Below the pieces are notes generated by a model, which ran no database searches, was not told where the DNA came from, and was given only the letters and a program-made list of their open reading frames with translations. 64,000 nucleotides of DNA, from NCBI GenBank assembly GCA_020057295.1, contig JAGVGF010000002.1, forward strand, positions 1-64,000, given 5' to 3'. This stretch comes from an archaeon. GTDB lineage: Archaea; Nanobdellota; Nanobdellia; Woesearchaeales; UBA9642. Below, piece by piece: positions 49,431-59,744 of this stretch (position 1 is the stretch's first letter; the number at the start of each line of letters is the position of its first letter). Position numbers and translations under genes: made by a program.

Positions 49431-49590
49431 CCTCTTTTATTAAATAATTATGATAGGACTCTAAAGAAGAGTATCTCACCCCTTTTCCCCGAGTCCTTAA
49501 TCTTGATAATAGTTAAAAATCTGCCGCATGAGTATATAAAGTTTTGTTATTATTATATAGTAGAATTATCTTATTTATTGTCTATTTATC

Positions 49591-50070
49591 TTAAGAATCT
49601 TCTTCATCATCTTTACTTGTTTCTTCAAGTAATTCCACATTTTTACTTTTCAAGTATTCTTTAAGCTCTTTTCTCGTCACAAATGATGTAGGATTCCACA
49701 TTGCTAAATATTTTTCTATAACTTTAACGTCGCTCTTCATTGCAACATTATCCATTTCAGATCCGAATACTAATACTTTTTCAGAAAAATCATTTGTATT
49801 ACGTTTTAGTTCTAGTAATTCATCATTAAAACTTCTTAACTCTTTAGCATATCCTCTTTCTGATTCTATCATATTCTGGTCTGTCAATTGAAGTTTTTTT
49901 CTAAGATTTCCATATCTTTCTTCTAGAACTCTTAATCTTCTATCAAGATCAGAAATAATGCTCGCTATTTGCGCATATTCGTTAGTTCCCTTACCATCAT
50001 CTTTAGGTTGACCTTCTTGAGCATTAGCTAATTCACGTTCAATATGATTCATTGATTGTTCATCAGCCAT
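49591..50070 (-). CDS. coiled-coil hypothetical protein divergent from pilus ATPase
   Basis: RRLRVLEERY coiled coil; EKYL..WNP..FVT. Confidence 0.7.
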   Translation of the reverse strand: MADEQSMNHIERELANAQEGQPKDDGKGTNEYAQIASIISDLDRRLRVLEERYGNLRKKLQLTDQNMIESERGYAKELRSFNDELLELKRNTNDFSEKVLVFGSEMDNVAMKSDVKVIEKYLAMWNPTSFVTRKELKEYLKSKNVELLEETSKDDEEDS

Positions 50071-50230
50071 GAAATTAATTTAGTACAACAGATATATAAA
50101 TCTTTTTAGAACTCTTCTTTATAGCAACATTTATATATAAAAAACTTCAATGAATTCATTAACGGGTTTAGTGGAGGGTGTTAGTACAACTTATTACTAA
50201 AATAAGCTATTACTGACATAAGAGGTGTGT

Positions 50231-52537
50231 ATGCTTTTTGGCAATCCAAATAGTTCTTATGATGTAGTTAAGGAAGGCGAAGAGACAGTCCTTAGAATGG
50301 ATTATGAGAATTCTTTAGAAGTACCTTCACTTGAAGATTCTGAAAAATGTATGGCTGATACTATTGAAAAGTTGATGGCCAATAGAAATATTACTAAAAT
50401 AGTCTTCAGCCAGAAACGTGATTACGAGTACGATTTTCCTCAAACGCGTGTGCTTGTAGAATTTTCTAAAGTATTTTCTAACATTATCAAACATAAAGCT
50501 GTATTCAATTATCGTGCGATGACATTGAATGAACCTTCACCAATAATTCTTAATGCCGCTACACAAAAATATTCCGAGTTGCAAAACATTTTATTTAATT
50601 TGATGAAGAAAGATCCTGTTGGTGCATATGTTGAATTAAAACGTTTAGTTAGAAAAGAGAAAATTGAGTTAGATAAGAGTGTTGATGATGTATATACTGC
50701 AATGCTTGAACGTTACATTCAAGTACTAAATTATGTTATTAAAGTTTTAGAAACAACAAAATTAATCGAGATTGCCACACCACATCTTAGTGGAATGCAG
50801 CTTGGTGATAGAAGTATCTATAGAAGAATATTCACTCCAAATATTAAGCCGGATTTCATGTTTACAAAAATTATGTCTTCATATCCTAAGAATGGTATTG
50901 AAGTTGACAGTTATAGTGTAAAAAATTCTGATGTAATAATTTTCAAGCTACAACATAATGTACAAAATTTATATCACATCACTCCTCCAGAATTTAAGTT
51001 GCCAGAAGAAAAATATGAAATTCTAGATTTAGCAAGAAAGATTATGGCAGAACATCAGCCAGAACGTCAAGAATTCGTTGACCCTGCAAGAATGAGAGAA
51101 GTATTCACAAATATTGGTCGTGACTTAATTGAAGAACTTGCAGAGTATAAGAATGTTAAATTAAAACATGCTGAAGTTGAAGAGCTTGCAAAAATTTTAG
51201 TAAGATATACTGTAGGATTCGGAATTATTGAAGCATTACTTGAAGATGATAAGATTCAAGATATTACAATCAATAGTCCTATGGGTCAAGTTCCAATATT
51301 TTTAGTCCATCAAGATTATGATTATTGTAGAACAAATTTAGTACCAACGATCAGAGATGCTGAAAGTTGGGCTTCAAAACTTAGAATGATTTCCGGAAGA
51401 CCACTCGATGAAGCAAACCCTATTCTTGACACTGAAATATTAATTCCTGGTACAGCAAATGCGAGAGTCGGGGTTATATCTCCTCCATTAAACCCGACTG
51501 GATTGGCCTACGCGTTCCGTAGACATAGAGATAAACCTTGGACTTTCGCATTATTTATAAAAAATGGGATGATGAATGCACAAGGAGCAGGATTAATGTC
51601 TTTCTTAATTGATGGTTCAAGAACTATGTTAATTGCAGGAACTAGGAGTTCAGGTAAATCATCATTATTAGGTGCATTAATGGTTGAGATAATGCGTAAG
51701 TATAGAATGATAACAATAGAAGATACATTAGAATTACCAGCAGAGTCATTAAGAAAATTAGGATATAATATTCAACAGATGAAAGTAGGAAGTGCACTAT
51801 CTAAAGGATCAAGCGAAGTATCTGCTGAGGAAGGGATTAGAACAACATTAAGACTTGGAGACTCGTGTCTATTTGTAGGAGAGGTTAGAAGCACAGAAGC
51901 TAAATCATTGTATGAAGCAATGCGCGTAGGAGCACTTGCAAATGTTGTTGCAGGTACAATTCATGGAGATAGTCCATACGGTGTATATGATAGGGTTGTT
52001 AACGATTTAGGAGTTCCAAAAACATCATTCAAAGCAACAGATATTATCGTTGTAGCAAATCCTATAAAGTCTGCCGACGGATTACATAGATGGCGTAGAG
52101 TTACTCAAATTACAGAAGTTAGAAAACATTGGACCAATGATCCTGTTGAAGAGAAAGGATTTGTAGATTTGATGAAGTATGATTCTAAAAAAGATGCTCT
52201 TGTTGTATCTGATGATTTACAAAATCAAGATAGTGATATCATAAAAGCTATTGCTGAAAATGTTAAGGAATGGAGCGGAAACTGGGATGCTGTATGGGAT
52301 AATATTATGTTACGTACAAAAAATTATCAGACAATGGTAGATTATGCTACACAATTAAATAATTATGATATCTTAGAAGCAAGATTTGCAATAGAAGCAA
52401 ACGATCAATTCCATAAGATTACAGATAAAGTCAAAGAAGAAGTTGGAGTTATGGATAGTAAAAGAATATTTTTTGAATGGAATGAATGGTTAAAAAGATC
52501 TGTAAAAGAGTATGATGCAAGACATCACAAGAAATAG
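50231..52537 (+). CDS. type II/IV secretion (pilus assembly) ATPase, VirB11/FlaI-like
   Basis: Walker A GTRSSGKS, TIEDTLEL, GEVR, GTIHG. Confidence 0.92.
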   Translation: MLFGNPNSSYDVVKEGEETVLRMDYENSLEVPSLEDSEKCMADTIEKLMANRNITKIVFSQKRDYEYDFPQTRVLVEFSKVFSNIIKHKAVFNYRAMTLNEPSPIILNAATQKYSELQNILFNLMKKDPVGAYVELKRLVRKEKIELDKSVDDVYTAMLERYIQVLNYVIKVLETTKLIEIATPHLSGMQLGDRSIYRRIFTPNIKPDFMFTKIMSSYPKNGIEVDSYSVKNSDVIIFKLQHNVQNLYHITPPEFKLPEEKYEILDLARKIMAEHQPERQEFVDPARMREVFTNIGRDLIEELAEYKNVKLKHAEVEELAKILVRYTVGFGIIEALLEDDKIQDITINSPMGQVPIFLVHQDYDYCRTNLVPTIRDAESWASKLRMISGRPLDEANPILDTEILIPGTANARVGVISPPLNPTGLAYAFRRHRDKPWTFALFIKNGMMNAQGAGLMSFLIDGSRTMLIAGTRSSGKSSLLGALMVEIMRKYRMITIEDTLELPAESLRKLGYNIQQMKVGSALSKGSSEVSAEEGIRTTLRLGDSCLFVGEVRSTEAKSLYEAMRVGALANVVAGTIHGDSPYGVYDRVVNDLGVPKTSFKATDIIVVANPIKSADGLHRWRRVTQITEVRKHWTNDPVEEKGFVDLMKYDSKKDALVVSDDLQNQDSDIIKAIAENVKEWSGNWDAVWDNIMLRTKNYQTMVDYATQLNNYDILEARFAIEANDQFHKITDKVKEEVGVMDSKRIFFEWNEWLKRSVKEYDARHHKK

Positions 52538-52575
52538 ATTTAGAAAAATAGTTTATAAAAAATAATTATCATAGA

Positions 52576-54870
52576 ATGTTTTTAAAAAAGAGGTTGAGTG
52601 TGGAAAAGACAGATTCCAAAAATCTAAAAAGTTTCGAATCCAAATATCGTGAAAAGATTAAGGAAGAATTTGATAATTATAAAGGTAAGGAGAGTCCAGA
52701 ATCCAGTATTCAATCTAGACAGTATCAAGAATTTAAGAAGCAGTGGATGCCAAAAAATTTTACACTTTACGAGAAAGCATGTTCGTTTTCTGAAAATCTT
52801 CTAAAGATTGAACCAGACCCAAGAGAGGCTGCAAAGATTAAGGAAGCGATAGAAACATGTCATATGAATGCTACTCCTGCAGGTGTTAAAAGTTTCTCGT
52901 TTGTTGGACCTTTAATGTTAATAATAGCAGTAACTGTTCTAAGTTTTATACCTATGCTTTTAGATCCTCTTGCCGATCCTGCATCTGCAATGTTCTTCGT
53001 AATATTTGCCGTAGTATTAGGATTAATATTAGTTGTTCCATTAAGTAAACTTCCAGAATTTTTAGCGGCTAGTTGGCGTATGAAAGCAAGCAATCAAATG
53101 GTTCTTGCAGTATTCTACATTGTAACATATATGCGTCACACAAGCAATCTTGAAAATGCTATCGACTTCGCTGCAGAACATTTACCTCCACCATTATCAT
53201 TGGATTTGAAAAAGATTATGTGGGATGTTGAGACACAAAAATATTCTGGTGTTAAAGAAAGTTTAGATGCATACCTTGAAGGTTGGAAGAAAGATAATAT
53301 GGAATTTGTAGAGGCTGTGCATTTAATAGAATCTTCATTATATGAAAATTCTGAATCTAGAAGATTAAATTCATTAGAGAAATCTTTAACGTTAATACTT
53401 GATGAAACTTATGAGAAAATGTTGCATTATGCACATAATCTTCAAGGTCCTCTAACAATGTTGAATATGCTCGGCATTGTTTTACCCATTCTTGGTCTAG
53501 TAATCTTGCCTTTAGTTGTTAGTTTTATGGAGCAGGTTAAATGGTATCATTTAATGGTTATGTATAATGTTGCTTTGCCTGTCGGTGTGTATTATCTTAG
53601 TCGTATGGTTTTAAGCACTCGACCAACTGGTTATGGTGATACTGACATTTCTGAAAATAATCCTGAATTAAAGAAACATAAGAATATTTTATTAAATTTT
53701 GGTGGTAAAGAATTTCAGTTACATCCAATATTTATTGCAAGTTTTTTGTTTGGAATGTTATTCTTTATAGGTATTAGCCCACTCATAATGCATCTTGTAG
53801 TTCCAGAATTTGATATGGCCGTTGATCAGGAATATAATGTACGTGTATTAGCTAGTCCTACTAAATGTGATAATGCTGTACCGCCCGCACCGATGAAATT
53901 TTATCTGCTCGGTTATAAATGTGATAAGAATGGAGATCTGCTTGGACCGTTTGGAGTTGGAGCGGCTATACTTAGTTTATTTATACCATTAAGTTTTGGT
54001 ATTGGTTTAGGAATATATTACAAACTACGTTCAGAAAATGTTATGAAAATTAGAGATGAGTCTAAAAAGTTAGAGAATGAATTTGCTGGAGCATTATTTC
54101 AGTTAGGAAATAGGATTGGTGATGGCTTGCCTGTAGAAATTGCATTTTCTAAAGTTGCTGATGTAATGAGTGGGACAGTTAGTGGAAAATTCTTCGAGTT
54201 AGTAAGCGTAAATATTACTAAATTAGGAATGAATGTTGAGGAAGCAATATTTGATCCTAAACGTGGTGCAATAGTATATTACCCTAGCAGTTTAATTGAG
54301 AGTTCAATGAAAGTACTTGTTGAATCTAGTAAGAAAGGTCCTCTCGTCGCGTCTCAAGCATTAATTAATGTTTCCGAATATATTAAGCAGATACATCGTG
54401 TTGATGAAAGATTAAAAGATTTAATGGCCGATACAATAAGTAGTTTACAATCACAAATTAGTTTCTTAACGCCTGCAATTTCTGGAATAGTAATTGGTAT
54501 AACATCAATGATTACTGGAATAATTGGTAATTTATCTGATAATATGAAGCGTTTAAGTCAAGGAATTGGTGGAGAAGCAGGTAGTAGTGCAGGACTGGGT
54601 TTTAGCCCAGATTTTTTTGGAATAGGTATACCAACATTTTATTTCCAATTTATTGTAGGAGTTTATGTTGTACAAATAATCTATATAATGACCGTACTTG
54701 TTAATGGAATAAGAAATGGTTCTGATAGCTTAGCAGAAAGATATATGTTAGGAAAGAATTTAATGAACAGTACGATAATGTACTTCTTCATAGCTTTAGT
54801 TGTAATGTTAATATTCAACATGGTAGCAGGACTAGTAATGGGTAATGTGGGAGTTACAGCAGGAACATAA
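52576..54870 (+). CDS. type II secretion F/TadC-like membrane platform protein
   Basis: Two GspF-like halves, multi-TM; follows the ATPase. Confidence 0.82.
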   Translation: MFLKKRLSVEKTDSKNLKSFESKYREKIKEEFDNYKGKESPESSIQSRQYQEFKKQWMPKNFTLYEKACSFSENLLKIEPDPREAAKIKEAIETCHMNATPAGVKSFSFVGPLMLIIAVTVLSFIPMLLDPLADPASAMFFVIFAVVLGLILVVPLSKLPEFLAASWRMKASNQMVLAVFYIVTYMRHTSNLENAIDFAAEHLPPPLSLDLKKIMWDVETQKYSGVKESLDAYLEGWKKDNMEFVEAVHLIESSLYENSESRRLNSLEKSLTLILDETYEKMLHYAHNLQGPLTMLNMLGIVLPILGLVILPLVVSFMEQVKWYHLMVMYNVALPVGVYYLSRMVLSTRPTGYGDTDISENNPELKKHKNILLNFGGKEFQLHPIFIASFLFGMLFFIGISPLIMHLVVPEFDMAVDQEYNVRVLASPTKCDNAVPPAPMKFYLLGYKCDKNGDLLGPFGVGAAILSLFIPLSFGIGLGIYYKLRSENVMKIRDESKKLENEFAGALFQLGNRIGDGLPVEIAFSKVADVMSGTVSGKFFELVSVNITKLGMNVEEAIFDPKRGAIVYYPSSLIESSMKVLVESSKKGPLVASQALINVSEYIKQIHRVDERLKDLMADTISSLQSQISFLTPAISGIVIGITSMITGIIGNLSDNMKRLSQGIGGEAGSSAGLGFSPDFFGIGIPTFYFQFIVGVYVVQIIYIMTVLVNGIRNGSDSLAERYMLGKNLMNSTIMYFFIALVVMLIFNMVAGLVMGNVGVTAGT

Positions 54871-54920
54871 AAATAATATACATACACAAAAAATATAAAC
54901 CCTTACTATAACTTACTATT

Positions 54921-55568
54921 ATGATTGTTAAACAAATTTCTAAAAACATTTACTTAATTAAATTCAAGACGAGAAATGATTTGACATCAACGTTATTAAG
55001 ATTTCAAGAACATTATGAATCACCAAAATTTAAAGGCAAAATATTCACGCTTGAAGAATATAAGAAATGGTATATTAAAAACTCTCCTAAAGGCATAAAG
55101 ACTGGAAAATTTACGTACTATAAGGATTGGAGCGGATTTAACATTCCATCACACATATTACAACCATTTTATAGAGGATTATTTAATCCATTAACAGAAG
55201 CGGAAAAATCTATATTACACGTTTTTAATAAAATAAGAAATAAAAAATTCTATATAATCGGAGTATATGGTGATGTCGATAAAAGTATACTGAAACATGA
55301 GATAGCTCATGGAATGTATTATTCAAATAATAATTATCATAAGGAAGTAAATGCTGTTCTTAAAAAGATGGATTCAATTGCAGTCAAACAAATTATTAAG
55401 TATTTCAAGAAAAATGCAGGATATCATAAAGATGTATATTTAGATGAAATTCATGCATATACACTTACAGAAAAAGGTTTATTAAAGAAGCGTGGTGTAG
55501 ATGTTCATAGAATTCTTAATACACGTAAAGAATTACTACAATTATTTAAGAAATATTCTTCTAGATAA
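54921..55568 (+). CDS. hypothetical protein with HExxH zincin-like motif
   Basis: RFQEHYESP, WSGFNIP, KHEIAHG, DEIHAY. Confidence 0.65.
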   Translation: MIVKQISKNIYLIKFKTRNDLTSTLLRFQEHYESPKFKGKIFTLEEYKKWYIKNSPKGIKTGKFTYYKDWSGFNIPSHILQPFYRGLFNPLTEAEKSILHVFNKIRNKKFYIIGVYGDVDKSILKHEIAHGMYYSNNNYHKEVNAVLKKMDSIAVKQIIKYFKKNAGYHKDVYLDEIHAYTLTEKGLLKKRGVDVHRILNTRKELLQLFKKYSSR

Positions 55569-55610
55569 TACTAAAAATTTATAAATAGTTCATATCATTA
55601 AGTTTATCTG

Positions 55611-56147
55611 ATGTCAATACTTTACCACGGTACGAATATTAGAAATGGTATAATCTATTCTTCACATAATGCATTATTGTCTTCTTTTGATATTCAACTT
55701 GAACAATTAAGAGCTGCAGGCGGTACTACTAATCCTATGGATAATAAATCTTTAGAGAAATTAGCCAGTGATTTAAGAGCTTTAGAAATACGGAGGTATG
55801 AACATAAACATGATCGTGCAGTTATTGTTACTGAAGATTTTGATACTGCTCTAACTCAATCAAAACTTTCTATTACAGAAAATTTTGTTGGAAAACATCT
55901 AATCTTGGGTTTAAATCTTGATAACTCTATAGTTAACAGATTATCGCCTGATGGTGACGTTTATAGTTTAATGATTCCTAGAAGATTACCATTAACTGGA
56001 CTTGTAGAATTATATTTTGAACATACTCCAACAAATTTACGTGCTATGAAACTGGCTTTTGGAAGATTTAACCCTACATATCTACAATTATCAGATTATC
56101 ACGAAGAAACAGATCCTGTCGTAATTTCTCAAAGCGTTACACTTTAA
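55611..56147 (+). CDS. hypothetical protein (N-terminal LYHGT)
   Basis: LYHGT is typical of ART-fold strand 1; remainder unrecognised. Confidence 0.55.
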   Translation: MSILYHGTNIRNGIIYSSHNALLSSFDIQLEQLRAAGGTTNPMDNKSLEKLASDLRALEIRRYEHKHDRAVIVTEDFDTALTQSKLSITENFVGKHLILGLNLDNSIVNRLSPDGDVYSLMIPRRLPLTGLVELYFEHTPTNLRAMKLAFGRFNPTYLQLSDYHEETDPVVISQSVTL

Positions 56148-56307
56148 CTTTAGTGTATTGTCCAATGCAATGTTTACATGGCTTATCATCATGTGAACAT
56201 CTATGCGTGCAACATCCAAAGTGTACAAACCCTTTATGATTATCACATAGAACTAAGCTATCTGGACTCTTCTCAAAATCTCCTGTACAGATTTTACAAT
56301 TATCCAT
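56137..56307 (-). CDS. 56-aa PHD/RING-like zinc-finger protein
   Basis: MDNCKICTGDFEKSPDSLVLCDNHKGFVHFGCCTHRCSHDDKPCKHCIGQYTKVKV; GGGGTGA SD; TATA-like TTTAAA upstream; absent from ORF track. Confidence 0.78.
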   Translation of the reverse strand: MDNCKICTGDFEKSPDSLVLCDNHKGFVHFGCCTHRCSHDDKPCKHCIGQYTKVKV

Positions 56308-56372
56308 ATATTCACCCCTTACAATAATATACGGTAAAAACAGTATTTAAAGTTTATTGAAAAATAAGAAAA

Positions 56373-56446
56373 TGGGACGACTGAGATTTGAACTCAGGAC
56401 ATCTACGGCTTCAGCGTAGCGCTCTCCCAGGCTGAGCTATCGTCCC
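56373..56446 (-). tRNA. tRNA-Phe(GAA)
   Basis: GGGACGA...CTACG CT GAA GC CGTAG...CTGAG TTCAAAT CTCAG TCGTCCC A. Confidence 0.95.
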
Positions 56447-56476
56447 ATTAATGCCTGTAGTAAAAAGATTAATTGT

Positions 56477-57052
56477 TCATTTAAATAGGTTATGTTTTTT
56501 AGTCTTCAAATCATATAATTTGCCAACTTGTATTTTCTTGTGATAAAAGAATAATGTTCTTTCAATGTCTCTTACATTGACATTAAATTGAACAGAATAT
56601 TTTCTAAGTATTGTGAGATATGTTAGCCAGTCTTTTAGATTAAATCCTTGGCCGCCAGGTTTAGTTTTTACCTCGCCGTACTTATACAGCAATTGCCATA
56701 CGCGTATATCTATTATTCCATAATTTTTTGGATCTGTAATTGTCAAGAGTGAGGATGCTACTGCAACAGATACACCTTTTAGAGATGTTAAATATTGCAT
56801 CTTTTCTTCTTCAGATTTCGTCGTAATTACTTTCTGTGATACTTTCTTGATTACTTCTTCAGAATTGTTTAGATAATGATTTTTTGGCCTTGGAGTCTTC
56901 CACATCGCTACAGTATAGAATTGATCTTTTGTTAAGAGTTTCTTTCTTTTTACATCACTTAAATCTTTTATTAGTTGAATTGCTTCCTCAGTCTCTGATG
57001 CAGATAAATTATTTTTAATTAGTTCGTTGAGATTTTTATATTCTTTACTCAT
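56477..57052 (-). CDS. HhH-GPD-like DNA glycosylase-related protein
   Basis: WK.PR, L.SLKGVSVAVAS.LL...P..YGIID.R. Confidence 0.65.
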   Translation of the reverse strand: MSKEYKNLNELIKNNLSASETEEAIQLIKDLSDVKRKKLLTKDQFYTVAMWKTPRPKNHYLNNSEEVIKKVSQKVITTKSEEEKMQYLTSLKGVSVAVASSLLTITDPKNYGIIDIRVWQLLYKYGEVKTKPGGQGFNLKDWLTYLTILRKYSVQFNVNVRDIERTLFFYHKKIQVGKLYDLKTKKHNLFK

Positions 57053-58257
57053 TTCACTAACCAATCTAATTCTTCTTTTTCTAGCTTGAAGTGTTCCATA
57101 TTTTTTTCTACAAATTTCTTATCAGAATTCTTGAATATTATCCTGAGATATGGCATATTTTTTATTGCTTCTTTTCTTGATGTGTGTGTTTTTCCAGAAA
57201 TTTTTTCTGCAATTGCTTTTCTTTTAGCATTTTTCTGGTTAGCCATCCATATCCTTAATATTCTATCGGTTGGTTTATATGATATAAAGTTCGGATTCTT
57301 TTCCGTCTTTGATATTGCAACTCCCACACTTAATAAGTTATATATGTATACATAAAATCTGTAATATTGCCATCTTCTTATTCTTCCAAAATACACGTCT
57401 GCTAATGATAGATTTTCGTATGCCTTAGCTAAATCTTCAGCTTTAGTATATTCTTTTGGCAGATTTTCATCTAACCATAAAAATATTTTATCAATATCTT
57501 CTTCAACTTTATCATATGCGTTTATTGCTATTTCTGGACTTGTCGTCTTGAAAACTTTTAATAATGCATTTATTATGGTTTCTTCACGTTCTCTGTCTGA
57601 TGTTTCTTCAACATCCTTACGAGTAATTTTTCTGTTATTTCCACTAATATTTTCTAAATCATTTATTGCTGCTCTTAAATCTCCTTGCGATACTCGTGCC
57701 AAATGACTTATTGCATCTTCATCAAATTCTATTCCTTCTTTTTCACAGATACTTTTCAAGCGTACTGCTTGTTCTAATGCAGTTATTGCTTTATATTCTA
57801 TCATTATAGAATTTTTTCTTATATCATTAAACTTTTGTTCCCATGGATCATTTGCTGTAAGAATTATTGGAAATGGTGATATATCGATAAATTTCACAAT
57901 AGTTGAAACTCCACCACGATCTTCAGTTCCAGAAAGTCCATCAATTTCATCAATAAGAATTAATTTTCCTTTGCCAAATAATGACATCTGTTGAATTGCT
58001 GGTAGAACCTTGCTTTCTAAACCTTCAGTATTTCTAACATCTGAAGCATTTACTTCTATTATTTCTAAATCTAACTCATTAGCTAATGCATGTATTGTGC
58101 TAGTTTTTCCAGTTCCAGAAGGACCATATATTAGTAATGCTTTACGAACTTTTCTAGAACTATACTCAGAAATCTTTTCTTTCAATTCCTTTAACGCCTT
58201 ATCCTGACCAACTATTTCTTTAGTGGTTTTAGGCTTATATTTATAATTGAACGTCAT
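57049..58257 (-). CDS. rfcL: replication factor C large subunit
   Basis: KYKPK, GPSGTGKT, EVNASD.R, IDEIDG, GDLRAAINDL, WLDEN. Confidence 0.93.
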   Translation of the reverse strand: MTFNYKYKPKTTKEIVGQDKALKELKEKISEYSSRKVRKALLIYGPSGTGKTSTIHALANELDLEIIEVNASDVRNTEGLESKVLPAIQQMSLFGKGKLILIDEIDGLSGTEDRGGVSTIVKFIDISPFPIILTANDPWEQKFNDIRKNSIMIEYKAITALEQAVRLKSICEKEGIEFDEDAISHLARVSQGDLRAAINDLENISGNNRKITRKDVEETSDREREETIINALLKVFKTTSPEIAINAYDKVEEDIDKIFLWLDENLPKEYTKAEDLAKAYENLSLADVYFGRIRRWQYYRFYVYIYNLLSVGVAISKTEKNPNFISYKPTDRILRIWMANQKNAKRKAIAEKISGKTHTSRKEAIKNMPYLRIIFKNSDKKFVEKNMEHFKLEKEELDWLVK

Positions 58258-58305
58258 GATTGTAGGAGGGCGAAAGACTTTAAAAAGATGATTATGTTAT
58301 GCCTT

Positions 58306-58767
58306 TTATTTTTTTAATATTTCTAGTATCTTATTAGCCTTATCTATTCTTCCAAGTTTTTTGTAAGCTTCATATTCCTCGTGTAAGTCTATTAAGGGAA
58401 TATTCATCTCTTCACATTTTTTTATTACTACTTTGTCGAAATTAGGAATTTTTTCCCATTCTCCATCCGTTTTACATTCTAAATCCGTAAATATTTCAAC
58501 TTGCACTCCTGAAATATTAAATAATCCATATATTGATTTAAATTTTTCAGATTCTTTGTAATGTACTGTTTCGATTGCGTATTCGTTCAATAGCTCGCCA
58601 ATTTTGTTGATGCTTTCTTGATCTGTTTTTATATCAATATCTCTAACATCAACATCTACTCCGTGTATTGCTAGAGCAGTACTTCCTATTAGAACCCAGT
58701 TCAAATTATGCTCTGAAAATTTCTTAGTTATTATCCTTAACGCATCAATGTTTTTTTGTGGTATCAT
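58306..58767 (-). CDS. nucleotidyltransferase-fold protein
   Basis: IGSTAL..HG....RDIDI (GS...DxD). Confidence 0.75.
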   Translation of the reverse strand: MIPQKNIDALRIITKKFSEHNLNWVLIGSTALAIHGVDVDVRDIDIKTDQESINKIGELLNEYAIETVHYKESEKFKSIYGLFNISGVQVEIFTDLECKTDGEWEKIPNFDKVVIKKCEEMNIPLIDLHEEYEAYKKLGRIDKANKILEILKK

Positions 58768-59675
58768 TTCAAACTTTCCAGATATTCGTCTTTTCTTGCG
58801 AACTTATGAACTCGTGCGAGTTTCTCGATTGCTCTGTCTGTACTTGATCCGTACTGTGCTGCTTTTTTTGGTCTTTCGGAATATTTTTCTAAATATGGTT
58901 CAGCAGCTTTACGTAAAATCATTTTCGAACCTTGAGAATTTATTTTAAATTGGATGGGAATCTTCATAGAATACTTGATTAATTCATCGTCTAGAAATGG
59001 CGTTGTAAATGAAAACTTTAATGCTTTTGGAATTGCCGAATCACGTATCAAATCTCTTTGATACATTTTTAATAATCCCTCATAACATTCTTCATTTGTT
59101 GGATTATTTTTATGTCTATCATATCCTGCAAATATTTCTTCAGAACCAAGGCCAGAGAAAAATACTTGTTCATGTTTTGATATTGAGTGTGCGGCAACTT
59201 CAACTGAACCAACACCTACAGTAACAACATTGCACGCATTAGCAGATTTTAATATTTTTGTAGTTTTATGTATTATTTGTTCTATTTCTTTTAGATTAAA
59301 TATTTTAAATTTGAATTCATCATCGCTTAATTTAAGATGTTTTGCAACAAGCTGCGCTTGAACTATATCTTCAGGAACTTTAAACTGTCCGTCTTGAAAA
59401 CCAACAGTATAACATGTGAAATTTGCCTTTAATTTTTTACAAATTGAAGCAATATAGCTCGAGTCAAGACCGCCAGAAAAACATATACCAACAGAATCTA
59501 GCCCTTCAATCCTTTCCTTTATAGCTTCATCCGTTAATTTTCTAACTTCTAAAGCAATTTTTGATTCAGAATCTACTAATTCATTATCGATATTGGGTTT
59601 GAATCTTTCAATTATCTCAATCCATTCCTTTTCCGATATTAATTCTCCATTCTTAACAAAGAATTCCTGCTTCAT
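58764..59675 (-). CDS. asparagine synthase C-terminal (PP-loop) domain protein
   Basis: FSGGLDSS, SGLGSEEIFAGY, PFLD, K..LR, RPKKAAQYGS; no GATase domain. Confidence 0.85.
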   Translation of the reverse strand: MKQEFFVKNGELISEKEWIEIIERFKPNIDNELVDSESKIALEVRKLTDEAIKERIEGLDSVGICFSGGLDSSYIASICKKLKANFTCYTVGFQDGQFKVPEDIVQAQLVAKHLKLSDDEFKFKIFNLKEIEQIIHKTTKILKSANACNVVTVGVGSVEVAAHSISKHEQVFFSGLGSEEIFAGYDRHKNNPTNEECYEGLLKMYQRDLIRDSAIPKALKFSFTTPFLDDELIKYSMKIPIQFKINSQGSKMILRKAAEPYLEKYSERPKKAAQYGSSTDRAIEKLARVHKFARKDEYLESLK

Positions 59676-59744
59676 AATTATGTGAATGATTGACGTTTTT
59701 TAAATTTAATCAAACTTTATAAACTTCTAATCTCACATTTTGTT

